Shown here piece by piece: positions 58,856 through 64,000 of a DNA stretch of 64,000 nt. The translations under genes were made by a program, and so were the position numbers. The notes beneath the pieces were generated by a model. It was not told where the DNA came from. It saw only the letters and a program-made list of their open reading frames with translations, and did no database searches. How positions within the stretch are numbered: the stretch's first letter is position 1; each line of letters starts with the position of its first letter. Source of the stretch: Bacilli bacterium (lineage in GTDB: Bacteria > Bacillota_I > Bacilli_A > RF39 > UBA660); NCBI GenBank assembly GCA_017511375.1, contig JAFWKJ010000007.1, forward strand, positions 36,748 through 100,747. Reading direction: 5' to 3'.

Positions 58856-59788
58856 TTATTTTTCTGACTTTAATTTTTCAAACACTTTGTAATTAGACTT
58901 TCTAGTAATACGGTCTGGTATTCCCTCAATTAACTGACGTGGATTCCGATTTGATTTCGGAGAATAAATATGAAAAAACACATCCACAAGTTCTGGATCA
59001 AGCCCTATCCATTTTAGATAATCTAAATACTGATAATATACATCCATCTCTTTTCTATGCATTGGTTCCCCTGCAAGAGTACCTAAAATAATCATACAGT
59101 AACTATAGAAGTCACTATTTTGATTAGGGCAAATATATCCATCTTCCTTTACGTCATATTTTTCAGGAATCGATCTTAAATAAACATTATTTAATAAATA
59201 ATACGCGAGGATAGGAGACTCCAATCCCGCAATCCCTTCAATATAAGAACTATCTAAATCAATCGCTTTCATTTTCTCATCACGATCAATAATAAAGTTA
59301 AACTCATTTAAATCGGCAAATAACATTTTATGAGGAGAATCTAATTTCCTTACCTTATCAAGAAGAGCCCCCAATTGCTCTAAATATTTTTTCTTTGTCG
59401 CAAAAGAGACTTTATCTGAATGAAGAATAGATCCTAAGTTACGATGATTCTCAATGAGAGGCATCGCAAACCCCGCAATTGCATTATCAACATTCACAAC
59501 ATATTCTGGAATAATAAGTTCGTCTAATTCTTTATAGGGAGAAGAATTCAAATATTCTAACACTCTTTGTTTTCTCGCCATTAATTCTAAATCTTCTTGA
59601 GCATCCATATATTTAAATAGAATTCTACTTCCATTACTATCTTTATATTTTTTATTTAGAATTAACATTAAAGCTTCTGTATTTAATACATCGCGAGATA
59701 ATCTCAAGGTACTTAATCTTCTAACTTGATGCATCCGTAAACTAATCTCATCAAGTGGTTGTATTTTTTCTTCTTCATTCTTTTGCAT
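58856..59788 (-). CDS. atypical protein-kinase-like fold protein
   Basis: ILFKY (beta3 Lys?), LFADLNEFNFII (HRDLKxxN-like, with D and N kept) and KAIDLDSS (DFG-like). The ATG at 59788 follows AGGTGA. Confidence 0.4.
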   Translation of the reverse strand: MQKNEEEKIQPLDEISLRMHQVRRLSTLRLSRDVLNTEALMLILNKKYKDSNGSRILFKYMDAQEDLELMARKQRVLEYLNSSPYKELDELIIPEYVVNVDNAIAGFAMPLIENHRNLGSILHSDKVSFATKKKYLEQLGALLDKVRKLDSPHKMLFADLNEFNFIIDRDEKMKAIDLDSSYIEGIAGLESPILAYYLLNNVYLRSIPEKYDVKEDGYICPNQNSDFYSYCMIILGTLAGEPMHRKEMDVYYQYLDYLKWIGLDPELVDVFFHIYSPKSNRNPRQLIEGIPDRITRKSNYKVFEKLKSEK

Positions 59789-59868
59789 CCATATCACCTT
59801 AGCTCTCTATTATAAAGGATAGAGACTAGAGAGACAAGAAAAAAAGCAGAGATCATCTACTTTTAAAA

Positions 59869-60630
59869 CTAATTTGGTAAATAAAAATACTGTATTAACC
59901 ATTTATCTCCACGCTTAACGATAATAAAATCATGTGTTTCTTCTTTATCAATCCTATTCGTTTTTCCATCATAATCATGACAAAAAGAATTAGTACAAAA
60001 AACACTTGTCGCATTATAAACAATACGATCATCTGATTCTTCTTTTATAGATAAATAAGTATCTTTATACGTTTGTATGGATCCTCTTCCACCAGCACTA
60101 CGACAATCCTTAGGTATAAAATTCTCTAAAGAATAATCCATTCTTTGACCTGCATTAACAGATGCCGTAAAATCCGAGGCATACCAAGACATGAGTTCTT
60201 CTCTAGTAGTATCACAAACAATACTACGATGTCCATCTCCTAAATTTTCAGTATGTGATTTCCAAACCAATCTACTTCCCCAATAAGTAGCGAAAGTATA
60301 ATTCCATAACTTTTGTCCAGAAACCAATTTATTGTTTTCATCAAATTTAGGATTAACAGATTCATAATCTTCAGAAGAATAATTATCACCAGAATACTCG
60401 TTGGATGTTGTACCCTCATAATTACTAGATTTATCATTATCCATCTTACTACTATCATGATATTCATCATCACGAGTTATTTCATAGTCGGCTCTACCAA
60501 CATCAGCGCTATTCTTTTCTTTTAAATAATATTGATAATTAGAAACATAATCGAATAATCCAATACACATAATAATGAAAATAACTCCACAAAGAAATAA
60601 CTCTATTTTTAGTTTCCTACTTTCATTCAT
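59869..60630 (-). CDS. hypothetical membrane-anchored protein
   Basis: N-terminal TM helix, a Ser/Asp/Tyr-rich linker and a Cys-containing globular C-terminus. Confidence 0.5.
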   Translation of the reverse strand: MNESRKLKIELFLCGVIFIIMCIGLFDYVSNYQYYLKEKNSADVGRADYEITRDDEYHDSSKMDNDKSSNYEGTTSNEYSGDNYSSEDYESVNPKFDENNKLVSGQKLWNYTFATYWGSRLVWKSHTENLGDGHRSIVCDTTREELMSWYASDFTASVNAGQRMDYSLENFIPKDCRSAGGRGSIQTYKDTYLSIKEESDDRIVYNATSVFCTNSFCHDYDGKTNRIDKEETHDFIIVKRGDKWLIQYFYLPN

Positions 60631-60733
60631 AAAAACACCTCTTATCTGAGTTCATTATACAACAAAAATCATAAGATTTTATGAAACAGGCAATCACAAC
60701 ATGTCAAATTTGTAAAACATAAAAAAAGAGGAA

Positions 60734-61456
60734 TTATTCCCCTTTTAAATTATAATATACATCCTGAACATCATCTAAGTCTTCCAAAGCATCTACAAGT
60801 TTTAATACTTTTTCTTGACCTTCTTCATCTAATTCAACTTCCATATTTGGAATGTATGTTAATTCACATTCTAAGAATTCTTTTACATCCGCTGCTTCTA
60901 AGGCATCTTTTACAGAAGTGAAAGAAGAAGCATCAGTGGTAATCACATAACTATCTTCTACTTTTTCAAAATCAAGTGCTCCGGCATCCAGTGCCACCAT
61001 CATCATCGTATCTTCATCATATTCAGAAGGAATCACGATAGAACCACGACGCTCAAACATATAACTAACAGATCCATCTGTTCCCAAATTTCCCCCTGCT
61101 TTTGTGAAAGCTGCTCTTACTTGAGAAGCCGTTCTATTACGATTGTCTGTTAAACAATCCACCATGAAGGCAACGCCTCCATGCCCATATCCTTCATAAC
61201 GTACAGATTCAAAATTAGCACCATCAGATCCACCGGTTGCCTTTTCAATTGCTTTTTGAATATTATCTTTCGGCATATTTTGAGCTTTTGCCTTATCAAC
61301 TGCTAAACGTAGAGAAGCATTTTGACTCGGATCAGGACTTCCACCTTTCGCAGCTACCATAATTTCTTTGGCTAACTTTTGGAACACTTTTCCTCTCGCA
61401 GCATCCAATAATCCTTTTTTTCTATGAATAGTAGCCCACTTTGAATGTCCACTCAT
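60734..61456 (-). CDS. yebC: YebC/PmpR family DNA-binding regulator
   Basis: MSGHSKWATIHRKKG N-terminus is diagnostic for this family. Confidence 0.92.
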   Translation of the reverse strand: MSGHSKWATIHRKKGLLDAARGKVFQKLAKEIMVAAKGGSPDPSQNASLRLAVDKAKAQNMPKDNIQKAIEKATGGSDGANFESVRYEGYGHGGVAFMVDCLTDNRNRTASQVRAAFTKAGGNLGTDGSVSYMFERRGSIVIPSEYDEDTMMMVALDAGALDFEKVEDSYVITTDASSFTSVKDALEAADVKEFLECELTYIPNMEVELDEEGQEKVLKLVDALEDLDDVQDVYYNLKGE

Positions 61457-61543
61457 ATGAATACCTCCATTTCCTTCTATAGGATATCATATTTTTATCA
61501 ATAAGAAAAGAAGAATATGTTATAATTTCATTAGGTGATAACC

Positions 61544-61870
61544 ATGATTCTAAAAATAAAAAACAAAAAAATTCCTATCAAAGAATACAAAACATGGAAA
61601 GAAAGATTGAAAGTACTTAAATTTGATTTAAACGTGTTAGACTATGCCATCTATTTTCCCAAAAAGAAATATATATCCACTTATTTTTTCTGTCAAAGAG
61701 TGGATATCTGTTTTACAGATCGAACAAATAAAATCTTATTTATGCATGAAAATGTAAAAAGTGAAAAAAGAATCTATCATCCCAGTGCAAAAAACATTTG
61801 GATTCTTCCCTTAGGATCTATATCCAAATTAAAGGTAGGAGAAAAACTACAAAAAGAAAAAGAAGAATAA
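61544..61870 (+). CDS. small hypothetical protein, possibly DUF192-like
   Basis: The ATG at 61544 follows GGTGA (track start 61535 is GTG). The resemblance to DUF192 is weak (VDICFTD..NKILFMHENV...ILPLGS...KVGEKL). Confidence 0.35.
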   Translation: MILKIKNKKIPIKEYKTWKERLKVLKFDLNVLDYAIYFPKKKYISTYFFCQRVDICFTDRTNKILFMHENVKSEKRIYHPSAKNIWILPLGSISKLKVGEKLQKEKEE

Positions 61871-61905
61871 ACTAGTTTTTCTTCTTTTTTTATAATTAAT
61901 AAAAT

Positions 61906-62358
61906 TTATTTTGTTGTACTGTTTGGTACTTCCTGCTTCTTTTTTAATAAACCTGTGGCATTAATAATACTCCAAGCTATAATGGCAACACAAAATAATG
62001 GAAATAAAATAAACATTGTCCAAATAGCGGTCCCACCAAAAACTGATAGTGCAAAGAACAAAGTTAAAAAAACTGTCACAGCAGTTACAGGTCCAACAAG
62101 CCCCCACAAATATTTATGAACGTGAGTTAGTTTCAACACTAAATAGATCCAATAAAAAATACAAACAGGAAGAACTATCAAAGCATACTGCGGTGACATA
62201 GATAAATCTGCTTCTCTTCCTTCACTAAAGAGAGACGCTTCATTTCCAATAGGACTAACAACAAACCACAAATAACAATTAATCAAAATTGAAAAAATTG
62301 AAAAAAATATATCACTGATAATTACTTTTTGTTCATCTTTCATACTACAAAATCTCAC
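61906..62358 (-). CDS. hypothetical four-TM membrane protein
   Basis: Hydrophobic helices throughout. Its start overlaps the end of the upstream response-regulator gene by 14 nt. Confidence 0.5.
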   Translation of the reverse strand: MRFCSMKDEQKVIISDIFFSIFSILINCYLWFVVSPIGNEASLFSEGREADLSMSPQYALIVLPVCIFYWIYLVLKLTHVHKYLWGLVGPVTAVTVFLTLFFALSVFGGTAIWTMFILFPLFCVAIIAWSIINATGLLKKKQEVPNSTTK

Positions 62359-63136
62359 TTCTCATCAAAGTCTTTTCTACAACAGACTTAATGGAACTAT
62401 CGTTGAATGGTTTTCCAACCATATCTACAATATCATAGGTAAAAGCACGATCAATCGTTTCTTTAGAAGAGTCTCCTGAAATAATAGAGACAGGAATCTT
62501 TTCTAAGATTCCATTACTTCTCATATACTCTAATACTCCAAAGCCATCCACTTTAGGCATATTTAAATCTAATAAGATCGATTTAATATGACCATTATCT
62601 TTATTGGCTTCAATTATTTTTAAAGCTTCTTCTCCATCCTTAGCTGTACCTACATTATATTGTTCACTAAAGATTCTTTTAACAAAGTTTCTAACAATAT
62701 TGGAGTCATCTACCACTAAAATAGTATCCGATGTGTATTCATCAGATGATGTCGTTTCTACAGGAACATTATCATCCGTTCCATTCATATATTCTTGAAT
62801 TAAAACAATCGCTTGATTGGTTTCATTAATCAAATCATTAATATGTTCTGTAATATAGTAAATATCCCCTGTAGCACTTTTAAGTTCATGTTCTTCTGCC
62901 ATAGCAGCTAAAGTATTAAATCCATAAAATCTAGCATCGTTTTTCATAGACAAAACGCAAGCATTATAATTAGGCATATCCCCTTTTTGCATAAACGTAA
63001 TAAGTTGCTTAATTTTGGTATGAATTCCTACTAAAAATTCTCCTAATTTTTCATTGTATTTTTCAACCTGTCCAAATAAATCCATACTTGACTTAACGTC
63101 AATTCCCTTTTGTTCTAAAAACGTTATATTTTTCAT
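62345..63136 (-). CDS. response regulator receiver domain fused to an N-terminal HPt-like helical domain
   Basis: REC motifs ILVVDDS, LLDLNMPKVDG, SIISG and GKPF. The N-terminal 130 aa resemble an HPt four-helix bundle. Confidence 0.65.
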   Translation of the reverse strand: MKNITFLEQKGIDVKSSMDLFGQVEKYNEKLGEFLVGIHTKIKQLITFMQKGDMPNYNACVLSMKNDARFYGFNTLAAMAEEHELKSATGDIYYITEHINDLINETNQAIVLIQEYMNGTDDNVPVETTSSDEYTSDTILVVDDSNIVRNFVKRIFSEQYNVGTAKDGEEALKIIEANKDNGHIKSILLDLNMPKVDGFGVLEYMRSNGILEKIPVSIISGDSSKETIDRAFTYDIVDMVGKPFNDSSIKSVVEKTLMRSEIL

Positions 63137-63203
63137 ATAAACACCTCTCTAGTGTATTCTATAAAAATTATAACATACATTTTTGTAAAAAGGATATATT
63201 TTT

Positions 63204-63893
63204 TTATCGTTCATTGTAAATAATAGGATAATCTGAAAAAGTGGGATAATTCAGTACTTTTAACTTACCCATTTGATTTTTATTCACAGAATACTCCACA
63301 CGAGAAAGGGTACTATTTAACCACTCATCATCTGATTCATAAAAGTCAAAGTAATCCCCGTGAGGTCCTCCTTCACATAGCCATATCATAAAATCTTTTT
63401 GATGGCATAAGGCATTTTCAATTAAAGGATCTGACCCTTCACATGGCATAAGTCCAATTAACAAATCCACCTCTTCTACAGGGGTATGTTTATGAAAAAA
63501 CTCTCTTTTTAAGAGAAAACGTCTTCCTCCACGTTCCTTTTGACTCAACCTTGGATCATAAACCATAATATTTCCCTTTTTTTGTTTTAAATGAATTTTC
63601 TTAGCAAGACTGGGAATCACTCCTCCCCCTACTTCACAAATTCTTTTTCCATTTAATCCAAATTGATCATCAATTATCTCAGTAAAAATTTTATAAATAT
63701 TTAAATCATCTGGAATATAACCCAGTTCATCATAAATGCCTCGAATCAAATCTGTTTTAGCAATTAATTCTATATTAGATTCTTTAGCATAATCAAGTAC
63801 TCCTTGTATTTCAAAGCGATCATAATCATCTTTATGTTTTTCTAAAAAACGTTGAACTTTAGAATAAATTACCATTTTATCTTTTGTTGCCAT
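63204..63893 (-). CDS. hypothetical protein, possible Rossmann/methyltransferase-like fold
   Basis: AGGAGG RBS. GKRICEVGGGVIPSLA resembles a glycine-rich nucleotide/SAM loop. Weak. Confidence 0.4.
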   Translation of the reverse strand: MATKDKMVIYSKVQRFLEKHKDDYDRFEIQGVLDYAKESNIELIAKTDLIRGIYDELGYIPDDLNIYKIFTEIIDDQFGLNGKRICEVGGGVIPSLAKKIHLKQKKGNIMVYDPRLSQKERGGRRFLLKREFFHKHTPVEEVDLLIGLMPCEGSDPLIENALCHQKDFMIWLCEGGPHGDYFDFYESDDEWLNSTLSRVEYSVNKNQMGKLKVLNYPTFSDYPIIYNER

Positions 63894-63912
63894 TTCCTTT
63901 CCTCCTGCTTAT

Positions 63913-64000
63913 TTAATCTTTGAAATTGAAATAAAAGTCAAGAATTCTTACAGAATCATTTTCTAAAGCCCCTAATTCTTTTAATTTATCATCAATTCCC
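63913..64000 (-). CDS. obg: GTPase Obg, C-terminal end (partial)
   Basis: The minus translation GIDDKLKELGALENDSVRILDFYFNFKD* parallels the B. subtilis Obg C-terminus ([28 protein letters not shown]). Confidence 0.65.
   Translation of the reverse strand, partial: GIDDKLKELGALENDSVRILDFYFNFKD

Overview
An AT-rich bacterial chromosomal segment, roughly 30% GC by eye (not computed). Gene content and order look like a low-GC Firmicute, possibly Erysipelotrichia-like; that placement is inference. About 60 protein genes are present and all but about six lie on the minus strand. There is one tRNA-Glu(CUC). I saw no rRNA, CRISPR array, transposase or prophage genes.

Most genes are housekeeping: trxA/trxB, murC, queH, hpt, uppP, rdgB, map, recD2, mtaB, helD, a CBS-type PPase, dnaB-like, tgt, queA, ruvAB, yebC and the obg 3' end.

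Regions worth a second look:
1. A tandem array of five membrane-anchored transglutaminase-like paralogs (2199-6444). One has lost the catalytic Cys and His.
2. A consensus promoter, a 28-codon leader ORF and a terminator hairpin in front of an ABC exporter operon (21111-21299).
3. A 753-aa, Cys-rich modular type IV pilin (43280-45541). A separate pilC-pilD pair lies nearby; pilC has a repeat-rich N-terminal extension and a 5' end split between two frames. No assembly ATPase is in the window.
4. A radical SAM/SPASM-like gene next to yfhO, facing a divergent pair of small helical proteins.
5. A protein with two GreA C-terminal-like domains inserted between queA and tgt.
6. Several degenerate-looking enzyme or signalling domains.

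All domain calls come from reading motifs by eye in the supplied translations. No searches were run.
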